Positions 36,601 through 48,499 of a stretch of 64,000 nt of DNA are shown here, in pieces. Each line of letters opens with the position of its first letter. Positions within the stretch are counted from its first letter, which is position 1. The notes below the pieces were generated by a model. The model was not told the DNA's origin and ran no database searches. It worked only from the letters and a program-made list of their open reading frames with translations. Origin of the DNA: Macrostomum lignano (lineage: Eukaryota); NCBI GenBank assembly GCA_002269645.1, contig NIVC01002558.1, positions 97,738 to 161,737 on the forward strand, written 5' to 3'. The position numbers and the translations under genes are program-made.

Positions 36601-37887
36601 GCGGCGGCGGCGGTAACTGGCAGGCAGTTGGCGGCTCTTCACCGATGCGTCTGCGAGAAGGCGCCACCTTCGCTGTCCGTCTGACTGGGCAGCTCCAGCT
36701 AAAGTTGGCCACCTCCGCCGCTGTCCAGTTCCGGCAGGCCTGTCCGAACTTGCCGGTTGTCATGGCAGTGAAACCGTCCGAGGCTGCTGCGGCGGAGGCG
36801 GCGGCAGCTGCGGCTGCGGAGCCCGGCAATGAAGAACCGAGGCCGCAACCCCAGCTGTTCCGGTGGGTTTCCTTGCGTTGATTTCTAAGGTTAATTTAAA
36901 AAATTTAGTTCTCCATGTTTGGGTAGTTTCCATTCCGAATTGTAGGTCTAGAACTTGATGATTGAGTACATGTAGTGCTACAGAAACCACCGCATTCACT
37001 GCAGAGCCCAGCTGACAGTCGCAGACGAGTACAATTCGGTCGTGCTTTCAGCCGAGCTGTCCTACAACTTGGAAAGTCTCAGTCAACTACAGCAAGCTCT
37101 AACGGTCCCGGCGGAAGCGGCCTTGGAGAAGCAGCAGCCAGCGGCTGCACCACCGCCATCGTCACCTGCAATTAAAAAGGCTGCAGCGTCGCAATCGCCG
37201 AAGTCTGCGGGATTGGGCTCGAGACCTGGTCGACTTTTGCCCAGGCAACAGCCGGCAACCGAGGCGGCAGCCGTGAACAGTGAGGGCCTTGGGCGATTCT
37301 CTGGGCAGTTCACAGGCGATTCTCTGGGCAGTTCACAGGCGATTCTCTGGGCAGTTTACAGGCGATTCTCTGGGCAGTTCACAGGCGATTCTCTGGGCAG
37401 TTCACAGGCGATTCTCTGGGCAGTTCACAGGCGATTCTCTGGGCAGTTTAACAAGCCTGGGCCATTGGGACACAAGGCTGAAGCTCGACCCCGACAACTC
37501 AATTGTACACCCTTTCTCCGGCATGCAGGAGATCGCGAGCCCAGGGTGTTGAGCGGCCGCAGTCTGCAGGCCCTCGCAGAGCATCTTCAGCAGCGCCAGC
37601 TCGGGCAGCACCTGGCCCGGCTGCTCCACCTCCCGGATGCCACCGTCGCCGGCCTCGGATTCGATACAGCGGCGGCGGCAACCTCGCCGGCAACCGCGAG
37701 TCTCGCCTACAAGGTGCTGCTGCAGTGGAAACGCTCGGTTGGGCGAACCGCCACAGGCGCCGAGGTGGAGACGCTGGCGCTGGCGCTGGCGTCCACCGGA
37801 GAGCCGGGGCTGGCCGACACCGTCAGGAGGTGCCACGCGGCCAACCGCGAATTCGCAATGCCATCGGCTGCCGCGGTGCCCGCGTAG
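33634..37887 (+). CDS. ZU5-ZU5-(UPA)-death domain protein (ankyrin C-terminal/PIDD1/DTHD1/UNC5-like supramodule)
   Basis: Phase-consistent exons 33634-34345, 34929-35168, 36099-36862, 37005-37279, 37529-37887. ZU5-like motifs GGGHLSVPSGAL..LSSPIYRL, SFLVSSRGGL..VSVRVPRGS, LSPIYDF..F.PRRPATLRLPLP..W; C-terminal LARLLHLPDATVAGL..AYKVLLQWK..LALALASTGEPGLAD death-domain pattern. 5' end uncertain; candidate first exon 32585-32676 is in phase. Confidence 0.7.
34385..34885 (+). repeat. 20-bp minisatellite (CCTTAGGGAGGGAGTGCTGT) in ZU5-gene intron
   Basis: Tandem array. Confidence 0.96.
35370..35885 (+). repeat. (GGCTGT)n-derived microsatellite in ZU5-gene intron
   Basis: Imperfect hexamer array. 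Confidence 0.95.
37290..37450 (+). repeat. 23-bp minisatellite (GGCGATTCTCTGGGCAGTTCACA), ~7 copies
   Basis: Tandem array in the predicted last intron of the ZU5 gene. Confidence 0.95.
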
Positions 37888-38197
37888 TTGGAGCAAGGAT
37901 CAACTAGAAGTTGTTGTTGTATAAGCTGGACACGATGTAACACTCGTGTCAATAGCTAGGGGAAACTTTTTAGAAGGCCAAACTTTTAGGAGTTAGCGTT
38001 ATCATTAGATCTTATATACACTAGATAGGCTACTCAGTGCCACCCAGCCAAACTATTGAGTCTATGAGAAGCTTTCTAAGAAGCTGTGATTTCAGCTAGT
38101 TTTCAGTAGTTAGTGCGCATATTTGTCAGTAGCTGAAATGAGCATTAAATTATCTTTTTATTCAGCTGTGTCAGCGTATAGGATGCCTTTGAATAAC

Positions 38198-38198
38198 C

Positions 38199-38279
<81 letters not shown>

Positions 38280-38282
38280 GGC

Positions 38283-38355
<73 letters not shown>

Positions 38356-38358
38356 GGC

Positions 38359-38432
<74 letters not shown>
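38198..38432. repeat. (AGAC)n microsatellite
   Basis: Near-perfect tetranucleotide array. Confidence 0.98.
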
Positions 38433-38433
<1 letters not shown>

Positions 38434-38643
38434 GTGTAAGATTATAATCAGGAGAGTGAGTTCAGAGAGAAAGAAATCGTCTGTTGGACAGCAGTGTATT
38501 TTTTTCGGGGATCCTAAGGCTGTGGGGATGTGTTCGGCGGCCTTGGTGATAGGCTTTTACCTGTTTGCGGCACCGCCCGGTAGTGCAATCGATCTCTTTC
38601 GGTTGCCTACAGCGACCCTGCCCAAGAAGACATTGACTTGTTG

Positions 38644-38950
38644 ATTCTTAGCAGATCTTGTCTATCTTCTTGGTTGGGTTGCTTCGCAAGTACTTGCAAG
38701 ATCTTTGTTATAATAATACTTAGGTAAACTTACCAGATCTGCGCGACTTGCTACATCGTACAAGATCTTATCTTTTATATCTTTTTATAGCTTCGAATCG
38801 CATATTTTCTTAAATTTATTCTCCTATCTTGTCAAAAAATAAAATATAGTTCAGCTAGAACACTTTAGCCAAATGAATAACAAAACAAATGTACCTCCCA
38901 TCTTAGAAGATCCTGCAAGAACCGAGCAGATTGAGAAGATCTGCTAAGAA
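38644..38950. mobile_element. Possible MITE with ATTCTTAGCAGATCTT inverted termini and internal AGATCT repeats
   Basis: ATTCTTAGCAGATCTT (~38644) versus AAGATCTGCTAAGAAT (~38935-38950); no TSD found. Confidence 0.45.
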
Positions 38951-39688
38951 TGGCACAGAGACAAGATCTGCTAAGTTTGAGAAACAGAATGTCCTCTAGG
39001 GTGCCTGAAGGGTAGTTTCAGTCAGTGGATGATGGTCTCTGAGGAGACAGGACCTGATCCAACTAAGATAACGGTGTGCTGGCCTTGCACGATCGGTTGA
39101 AGATAATTGCGCGCAGTCAAAGCAAGGGAAGTCAGCTAGCGTCTGCTCTGCTAAAGTTTTTGTCCATGTCCATAGACTACTGACGATTAGTTTTCAGCAG
39201 TGATTTCCCATGGACTTCTATACTTAGCATCTAGATGGATTTCCCCACCCCCGAGTCATTTTCTATATGCATTAGCTGAATGAGGAGTGGCCTATCTAGT
39301 GTATATTAAGATCTATGGCGTTATCTAACTATGGAAAATCCTGCATTCAAATCGATAAACTGATGAAAGCCACTGATCGGACCAAATACGAGCTACGTGT
39401 CAGCATCAGGTGATCGGCAAGGCCTACTAGCAGGTGAGAAATCTTCAATTAAGTGCGCCAGAATGTGATCTGTTCCATCTCGCTAACTGCTGCAGGATTT
39501 GTGTGCAAGCTCGAATGCGATTACACGCTCGTATAAATTATGTCACAGTACTAATAAATGAATATTTTCATAGCTTTCACCATATTATGAAGTGTTTTCC
39601 TTTGGTGTTTGTCTCGGTTGCTTCCGCCAGTGGCCGGGTCACTTTTAAGGTCGTTTAAGAATATTGATTGTAAAGGACGAGTGTTGGA

Positions 39689-40032
39689 CAGGGGCGTCGC
39701 CATGGATTTTATGGTGGGGGACAAAGCCAAGAATTCAACATGTACTGTTACATGTTCATGACTAAATTCATACATTTCCATTATTTTGGGAATCGTGTTG
39801 TCAGCGCTCATTTTGGCGCCGCAGGCATTCGATCCTTGTAGCGCCGCAGGCACTCATTTTAGCGTTTTAGGCACTCATTGTAGCGCCGCAGGCACTCATT
39901 TTGGCGCTATAACTTGGCGCCCTGAAGAAAAATTATTGATTACTACGAGTCACAAGATGGAGTAAGCATTGGCATGTCCTCCCATAGCTTTTATTGGGGG
40001 GGGGTATGTCCCCCCCGGTGGCGAGGCGCCTG
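39689..40032. mobile_element. 344-bp hAT-family MITE with perfect 8-bp TSD
   Basis: TIR CAGGGGCGTCGCCA / TGGCGAGGCGCCTG; TSD GTGTTGGA at 39681-39688 and 40033-40040. Confidence 0.85.
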
Positions 40033-40858
40033 GTGTTGGAATGCATGCGCTTAAGTAGTCCTTTTTGATTGATAGCTCGCACTGTTACTGTCTGTTATTG
40101 CAACTAATTATGTACTCGTATTTTCGAAATCAACAAAAAAGACAACACTTTATTGTAACGCGCTACTTTAAGTAAGCAAAAAGAAAAATCCTATCAGAAT
40201 GGGTTTAGCTCCAGTGCTTCCCATCAGAATTAATATCTCTTAAATTTATGATCTTGTTGCAGTCTCAGCGTGTTGCTGCACGAATCCCAATCATGATGCA
40301 GAATACTCTTTCAGAGTCTCCAAGATTATTCTATCTACTGTTAAAGCCATCAATCAATATTCATATCGATGCTATCAGTAAAGAATTCAAAACGCGACAA
40401 CGCAATCAAAGAACTTGTTTGTCTTCAGTTTTTTCAGGCGAACAAAAAAGTAGCAAAGCTCACGGTGTCACCGAATGGAATAAACTGATCAAAGCACACA
40501 TAATATATATATTGCAGTTTAAGAAATGCATCACGCAGCAACAGATCGAGCAGAGCGCATGACCAAACTGGCCTACAAAAGAAAATTCTTCAAAGTTCAA
40601 GATTAAATGCCAGGCGATGGCTAGCTAAAAGGCAACAAATGCAAATCGCACACGGAGTGAAACAGGATATAATAAACTCGCTATTTATGCAAAATAAAAT
40701 CATCGCTACATCGAGACAATCGACTTAAAGTCTGAAAAAAACACTATATAAACACAGTGGCTATGATCAAAGAACACTTGCAGTGATATAGATTGAATCT
40801 CCTAGTCAATAAAAGTATGGTATAGAAAATTTCACTATGCTTAGCTCCAGTACACCAG

Positions 40859-41441
40859 TCAGCAGGCAAGTGAGGCTCGCGGTCGGTACCTTTTAGCACT
40901 ACCTGTCAGCACCAGCTGAAGACTGCCGCTCGCCGTTCGCTTTTTACTAGTCGGAGTCGGCGGCGGGCCGTCCTCGCCCTTCTTCTTCTCCCCCTCCTGC
41001 TGCGCCGTCCGACGCTGCCGCCAGCGCGACCGGCGAAAGACGGGCGACGGATTGCGCTGATAAGCAGTGGCAGCAGCAGCGCTTCTAGAAGCCGCAAATA
41101 TCGGCGACGGAATCTGCAGCAAAGCCGGAGCCGGCGATATCTTCGTAGGTGGCAGCGGTGGTGGTGGCGGCGGCGGCGATAGAAATCCGGCATTATCGCC
41201 AGAGTCGTCGCTGCTGAGATCGTCAATGTCGAAGCCGCCGATGCCACCTCCACAATCCTCAACGTCGTGTTGATCGCAGCTGCCCACCACAGCTGTCTGA
41301 GTGACAAAGTCGGGAAAAGCGGCGGCCGTAGCAGCAGATTCGGCAACATCTTCACAGTCGTTCGGCCCGGGGGACGCGCCGGGTCGTACGGGAGTCAAAC
41401 AGCCAAAGCTCAGGCCCGATGTGCACAGCAGATCCGCTGGC
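40859..41441 (-). CDS. Putative terminal coding exon of unknown gene (low complexity, Pro/Ala/acidic, basic NLS-like end)
   Basis: Acceptor ttcgcag at 41443-41442, GC-rich open frame PADLLCTSGLSFGCLTPVRPG...KKRTASG..KRYRPRASLAC-stop; no recognisable domain. Confidence 0.45.
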
Positions 41442-41778
41442 CTGCGAAAGTCGACAATGTTATAAGAAGCATCTATGCATGTTTAGGCCTAAGTTAAAAC
41501 TATTTAGCATTTTTTAGCTATTTGGCACTTACTCTTCCATACTGTCATTCCTTAGTTGAGATTCCGGCTGAAATTGTTAAGACAATGCTTTTATATAACA
41601 ATGTCCAAGATGAGGCATTACTGCTCATTCCGCCGACTCCCCTGAGCAGGCACACAAGCGCACGGATACGTACGTAGGCAGACCCAAGCCGAGATTCCAA
41701 TCGAGCCCCAAATTAATGCGACTGCAATTGGAATCGAGCCTGGGCCCATACATGCGCAACTTCTGAAATTACGCTGGC

Positions 41779-41950
41779 CGTGCGACTTAGTTTTCGATAA
41801 AAAATGCGACTTACCTATGAAAGAGCCAAGCAAAAACTTTAGGTAAACGGCAGGAGTAACTATGACCATATTTTTAAAGCTAAATGCCTCGCCAGCTAAT
41901 TAGTGCTGCGTGCAGATTCCGCGTTTTTATAACAGCTAATCAGTATGTCA
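41779..41950 (-). ncRNA. 28S rRNA helix-69-region homologous element, copy 1 (candidate antisense RNA or rRNA-derived repeat)
   Basis: + strand GGTAAACGGCAGGAGTAACTATGAC-15 nt-AAATGCCTCGCCAGCTAATTAGTG versus the conserved eukaryotic LSU GGGTAAACGGCGGGAGTAACTATGAC-TCTCTTAAGGTAGCC-AAATGCCTCGTCATCTAATTAGTG. Confidence 0.55.
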
Positions 41951-42339
41951 TCTAGTGGCGGCATGAAGCAATTAGTAAATTGTCAGTACAGTGTAGTGAG
42001 CATACTACAAAAGTCATGATTCATGAATGTCCAGAAGTAAGTGAAGTGAATACAGTGTGACCTATAGCTCAAGAACGATTTGCTGGACGATTTGGCATGG
42101 AAGATGAGAGCCCTGATTCAGATGGCTCATCAGATGCAGAATACGAATCCAGTAGAGATACAAGCTGTGAAAACCCACAGATTTTTAAACCACTGAATTC
42201 TAATTCCCGGAACTATTTTTGCATAGATTCTAAATTTGAAGTCATGCTCAAACAAAAACTTGTTAACAGTTAGGAAAAAGGCAAAGATGGGAGTAATGCA
42301 TGTTAAACTAAGATTTGAGGCCTTTGCAAATTCTCTCCA

Positions 42340-43010
42340 TTCCTCAATCTTCTCATCCTCTTTTTCTTTTCTCTCTCATCCCTTATCCCTTCTCTCTTTC
42401 CTCTCCTCTCTCCTCTCTTTCCTCTCCTTTCCTATCTCTTCTGTCTCCTCTCTACTTTCTTATCTCTCCTCTCGTCTCTCTCCATTCCACTCTACTCTCT
42501 CATCTTATCTTCCCTCTCGTCTCTCTCCACTCTACTCTCTCATCTTATCTCTCCTCTCTTTTCTACTCTCTCATCTCTCCTCTCTTCACTCTCCTCTCAT
42601 CTCCTCTTTATCCTCTCTTCTCTCATCTACTTTCTTCTCTTTCCTCTTTCCTCTCTTCTGATCTCATCCATCATCTTTTCTTTCCTCTTTCCTCTCATCT
42701 CCTCTTCTCTCTCATCTCTTTTTCCTCCCTCAGCTTTTCTCTCCTCTTCTATCTTTTCTCCCATCGCATCGCTCGCCTCTCCTCTGTTTGCTTATCTCTA
42801 ATCTTCTATTCCCTCTACTTTGAAGCAAGAAAATATGCACATATTTTTGCTGAAGATAAGAGGAGAGAAGAGGGCATTGAGGAGAAAGGGTAGAGAGAAA
42901 GGGGGAGAAGAGAGGAGAGTAAAAATGAGAGGAGAGAGAAGAGGGAAAAGGGGGAGAGAGAGAAGAGGGGAGGCAAGGTAGAGAAGAAGAGAGAGATGAG
43001 AGTTGAAGAG
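42340..43010. repeat. CT-rich then GA-rich low-complexity tract
   Basis: Polypyrimidine 42340-42790, polypurine 42860-43010. Confidence 0.9.
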
Positions 43011-43041
43011 ACACCAACCTAAGTAATGTTACCAACCTTAA

Positions 43042-43882
43042 GAAAGTAGTTACTTTTGCTTGGTGTGGACGCACGGACAGTCACACCCGCATGTGCTTGG
43101 TGTCATTTGAAAGCGGCAAGTCTCTTCTTTAAAATGACACCAATTGCAAGAGATTTGAATCTGTGCTTCAAGAGATATGGACGATTAAGTAGAGAAAGGT
43201 CAGTCATAGACTTACAGAACCTTAAAAATGTCAACAGAAAACTTTTATCACGAGCGTAATTACTCCAGAAAAAACAAAAAACACAACAGTACAGTACAGA
43301 AGCAGGTGAAACAGATAACAAGCAAATTATCACACAAGCGAACAACATTAAAATCATTCATCGGTTGGCAGACTTGTCATCTTGCTGACAGCATGGTCGC
43401 CATGAGCTGTGCAAAGTTGCCTGTGGATGTCAGCCGATTTGGTTCCGGAGCTCCAAAGTGTAAAGATGGCATGTCGCTGCCCAGTCTTTGAATGCACATC
43501 CATTTGCAGTTCACAATTGAAAATTGAATGTCAATAAACTTTGCAGGCGCAGCAGAAGCAGTTTTACAAGTCTCGTAGTTTTATGAGACAGCCCCTCTCG
43601 TTCACTGCATCACATTTGGTCATAGACAGCCCATGATTACGAAAAAATCGATAAAATCGTAAAAGTTTTCTGTTGACATTTCCGAGGCTCTGTAAGTCTA
43701 TGACTGACCTTTCTCTACTTAATCGTCCATATCTCTTGAAGCACAGATTCAAATCTCTTGCAATTGGTGTCATTTTAAAGAAGAGACTTGCCGCTCTCAA
43801 ATGACACCAAGCACATGCAAGTGCGACCGTCCACACGTCCACACCAAGCAAAAGTAACACTACTTTCCGGACGCCCCTCGTA
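43042..43882 (-). mobile_element. Internally deleted mariner-like element with ~220-bp inverted repeats and HTH relic
   Basis: Right end reads (rc) TA-CGAGGGGCGTCCGGAAAGTA, a mariner-type terminus; IRs 43042-43260 and ~43650-43867; minus-strand relic WSSGTKSADIHRQLCTAHGDHAVSK resembles the mariner N-terminal HTH; outer part of left TIR missing. Confidence 0.8.
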
Positions 43883-44134
43883 ATTAGGAAGTTTCAAAGA
43901 ACCCAAGGGGCGAGGGCCAGATAGAGGGGCTTCGCGAGCCGGAGTTTGCCAACCCCTGCTCCAGAGTTTAAGAAATCAATGGGAAACTGTTGACGCGGGC
44001 TTCTGATTTCAAAGATCTTGTCTGTTGTTGAAGGCTTCTATTCTGTTTTTGCTCTCCTGCCACACTTGCACCTACTACCCCCTGATTGCCTCTGATTGTG
44101 ACTTACTTCCCTCTTATTGCGACTTAGTTGCTTC

Positions 44135-44385
44135 TTTTTGCGACTTACCTAATCCTTTTTGCGACTTACCTAATCCTTTTTGCGACTTACCTAACCCTTT
44201 TGTGACTTACCTAATCCTTTTGCGACTTACCTAATCCTTTTGCGACTTACCTAATCCTTTTTGCGACTTACCTAATCCTTTTTGCGACTTACCTAACCCT
44301 TTTGCGACTTACCTGATCCTTTTTGCAACTTAGTTTGCTTCTTTTGCGACTTACCTGATCCTTTTTGCGACTTACCTGATTATTT
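44135..44385 (-). repeat. 20-21-bp minisatellite made of consensus 5' splice sites (rc AGGTAAGTCGCAAAAAGGATT), ~11 copies
   Basis: + strand unit TTTTGCGACTTACCTAATCC; same motif as the real donor at 44527. Confidence 0.9.
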
Positions 44386-44527
44386 TTACAACTTAGTTTG
44401 CTTCTTTTGCGAATTGTTTTTCTTTTGCTTCACCATTTTCCCTGAACTGCTCTTTTTTTCGCTTTCCTCTTGCCTTTCTTGGTTCTTGTGTTTTTCTGTT
44501 TTTGGTTGACTCAATTTTGCGACTTAC

Positions 44528-44860
44528 CCCTGGTCAGCCACGATTTACGGTGGCCGGATCGGCCAGGTCGGCCAGCAGTTGCGCATGTATGCCTGGGCCG
44601 CTGGCACAGCTCCCCAACAAGCAACCCTACCTGGCAGTACTGTGTAACAGGCGCCATTGACATTGGCAACTGGCTTGGCCAGCTCTGCCCGCAGGCAAAC
44701 TGCACCGCTGTTGGCTCAGCTATAGCATTCTCATCCTCAACTGGGACACCTTCATCTGACCTGCTATCATCGTGCCAGCCGTCAGCGCATTCACTCTCTG
44801 CATCATCATTGTAGCTGGCAAACAACTCAACTAGGGAGTCGTTATTATCCAAGCCTGTAG
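44528..44860 (-). CDS. Putative coding exon of unknown gene
   Basis: Open frame with acidic stretch ending RPGRSGHRKSWLTR at a consensus donor G|GTAAGT (44528/44527). Its phase does not directly match the 41441 exon, so an intermediate exon or other linkage is needed. Confidence 0.35.
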
Positions 44861-47800
44861 AGGACTGAAAACAATTTGGTAGCAACATTAAGAATATGTA
44901 TCTATCCCTGCATACTACCTATAAAATGATTAAAATTGTCTTTAATATAAAGTCATTTGTAAATGACTCCTTGGCTACAAAAAGGCTTACAAGTCTATTT
45001 GATTTTTCAAATGCATAAGTGTGCACTTGTTTTTCTTAGCATGCAAGAATTCCAATAAGGTCCTTGACTTAGCTTAGTTGGGTAATAACCCAGCAGGGCC
45101 AAACACTTATACATTGGTGCAAAGGGTGGTTGGTGATGGCCTAAGTCACATGGCTCCTATAATTTGGTTGGCTCATTTAGCATAGGGTGAGCAGATATGG
45201 TCTGCCAAGAAAAATATTTATAGTTTATACAAGTATAAATCAAAGCATATATATGTCCTTTAGGTCAATAAAAGAATCTTCTTACATTTATAATATGCTA
45301 AAGTTGCATTTTAGCATATTTCAAATCAAAGTTTAGACATTAGGGACCCTTACATAAATAGTTACATGGTTTATTAAAAAAATATTTTTAAATGACACTT
45401 ACAACTTTTTAAAACTATAAATGATGGGGCCAAACAATTTTATTAAACAGATTTGAGTGCCTTAAAATAACAATTTTGTTGTTATATGTAGATTATCAAG
45501 TTTATAGCACTTGCCAATTACACTTGCCACTAGTAAACCAGTTATAAAAGCCCTAATAGACCCAAGCTTTACTTTAAAATTTTATATAGTAAAATAACTA
45601 TAATGCAAATAATCACTAGAGTTTTACCTCTTATTCTTTGTAATATAGGCTATTTTTCAATTTTTAATTAATTAAATTATGTGATATAAGTTTTTGCTTG
45701 ATTTAAGCTGATAAACTATTAATAAATATGGAATTGTATTTAATAAATTTATTTGTTAAAAAGCTGCTTTAAGTGACTTTATGACTTTTAGTGACTTTTC
45801 AACATTGATTATAACTATTTAAAGTTGCCAAAGGATAGTCTATAAATGAAGTATTGAATGCAACATACTAAGACAAGTGAGTTCTTGGACAAAATGGAAA
45901 GGTCTAAATGATAAAATAGTTGATCTCATGCAATTAGTGGCAGATCCAGAGTGAGGATAAAGAGGATAGCCACCCTACACCCCCTCTTTTGCCATAGCTA
46001 AACTTGCAAATAAAGAGGGAGTATTATAATTTTGGGCTTATTTGGGTCTTATTTTATGCAACCCAAAATGTTGGGCCTATCTGCCCCCCCCCCCTACTTT
46101 AAAAGTCCTAGATCTATCACTGCATTGTCATCCTACATTAAGCTAGGCCTAGATCATATTATATTAATAACCCTTGCTTACTTTACTATACTATAGCCTA
46201 TAGTAGGGGGCTATACTGCTTTAATCCTAATCTAAGAAAGCTCTTACTATAATTTATCTAAAGCTAATTATGACACCAAACATTGGATTGGTAATTATAA
46301 ATCATTGCATTTTGATAAATTTTTGAATTGTATTTTACTTTGAATTAGAATGGAGTTTAGGCCTAGACAATATTACATTTTTGATGAATTTTATGCTATA
46401 TTTAGAAGATTGATATTTAACCTAGGGCTCTTTATTTTACTTTATTTTATATCTTGGATTCTTAGCACTTTTTAAAATTGAGACTTTCTTAAGTCTCAAG
46501 AAAAAAAGTCTAAATCTTAAATATCAATAGCAAGATTAAGATCTTGTCCAAGCTCTAAATTGGAAATATCAAACTATTTACAAAATATATTAAAAAGTAA
46601 CAAATAATCATGCATTAAGCAATAACAATATATGAGGCCTAGGCAGAGTAAGGCAAGTAGGTATTAGGTAAATTAGTAAATAGGCCTAATATTATATTAT
46701 TGTATTAAAACAAGAACATATATTATATAATTATATATTAAACAACAAAAAAAACATATTGATTTTGAAAACTAATCAATCCTTTGGCTTTGCTTTAGGT
46801 CCACTGTGCAATTGCAAAAAGGACTATGCCTAATGCCTTAAGGCATAGCGGCTATAGCCTATAGCCTACGGGTCCTACGTGACTATACTATAGCCTAGGC
46901 TATATAGGCTAAAAAGCTATTTTTGTTTATATTTAATAACTAATCGTTCAAGCATTCATTACATAAATAGCAGATAAAAAAACAAATTATCCAATTAAAG
47001 AAAAAGTCATCCTTTAAAAAAGTAAAGCATGCAACTTTACTTTTCTTTTTTCGATGCAACCCGTAGCATCAAAATTTACACAGAGTAAACTGCAACCGTG
47101 AAACGACTATTGGTCTTGCATCGAGGGGGATAATCTCTGCCAATAACTCACACGACCGATGTAAAAATAAATGAAAGTTGGATGTACAAGCCTCGTGCCT
47201 CGTGATCACACGAAATTTATCCATATTTAAAGCATGGAACACTAGCAGTCCTTGAGTTGAAGTGTGAACGAGCCGTAAAATAAACAATCTTATTCTGTCA
47301 AATGCTCTATGAGCCTTCTCACATTTTTCGGGGTCTTAAAGAGAGGTCAGCGTCCTCTTGGCTGCTGGAAACAAATCCTAATTCTCTTGTTTTGCAAATG
47401 CTTTAGTTTGCAGTCAGACCCCTCAGCAATAATTTGTACGAACTACGAACCCATCTAATTATGAGTACACACAAACACAGCATTAAAATTAAATGACTTA
47501 AGGTGTACACTATTAACTCCAAATCGTCCACTTTTTCATAATAGGCAATTCAATATAGTATATAGTTCATAAGCCATTCTAGCTTTTTTCGTTTGGCTAT
47601 TTGATACGAGCGTATCAAATTTATCCAAGGCTTAACAGTTTGAATTATTGCGTAAATAAAAAACGATGCAATTGATTTCTCAATCTTTTAATTATGGACA
47701 CTTACTGCAAATTTGAAGAAGCCAAACTGTATCATCATTTAGTAGCTGTAAAGTATATAAAAATTACATAATATAATTAAATATGACATTATTGGACTTA

Positions 47801-48499
47801 CAATTCGAGCTTCGCGTCATATGGTTAAGTTTGATTAAACGGAGACCGGGATTTCACGCATTGAGAGCGATAAGTGGAGATCCAATGATACCAGCACAAT
47901 TAGACTAAAAACATATTTACAGTAGTTGTTTTGGTTTGACAAAAATGGTAAAAATGCACGTCGAAGTAAAAAAATTAAATAACCGAACAGAGATTTAACG
48001 GGAGTTACTATGATTAAATAGCAAAACAGTAAAGACTGACATGGAGGTTTTGCACATCCAAAAAACACTATCGAAATATTAAATAGGAGTAAAAAAGCTG
48101 CATTAGAAAATGAAACACAAACGCGATACAAATGTACGATTAAAACAGTTTGGACAATAAGCGCGATTCGAAAACAATTGCTAATTTGTTTTGCTAAGCC
48201 AGTGCTGATACAGAAACAGACCAGGGTTGACTATTTATAATAGGCGGATCAGACAATTAACAGTTTTGTTAGTCTATTCAATTGCAGTGCTACCAAGGAC
48301 GCATTGGCCAGTCACGCCGCTTACTCGTCTTCCTCTTGTCTTGTCTTGTGATCCTTTTGTCGCCGGTAGGCGTGGATTACCCGAATGGTTACTCTCGTTC
48401 CCATCGGGTTTTTGACCTTGATATTGTTTAGGGAGGTGCTCTGGGTGGTCGGTCCAGAGCCACTCTGATAGGGGAAGGTTTGCCCCCGAAACATAGTTT

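Noticed and set aside
42060-42230. Acidic open stretch on + (EDESPDSDGSSDAEYESS), possibly a transposase N-terminus
   Set aside because: Too short, with no diagnostic motif or TIRs.
47990-48030. Possible third 28S-like copy (AACGGGAGTTACTATGATT)
   Set aside because: Short, gapped, lacks the second block and shared flanks; may be chance.
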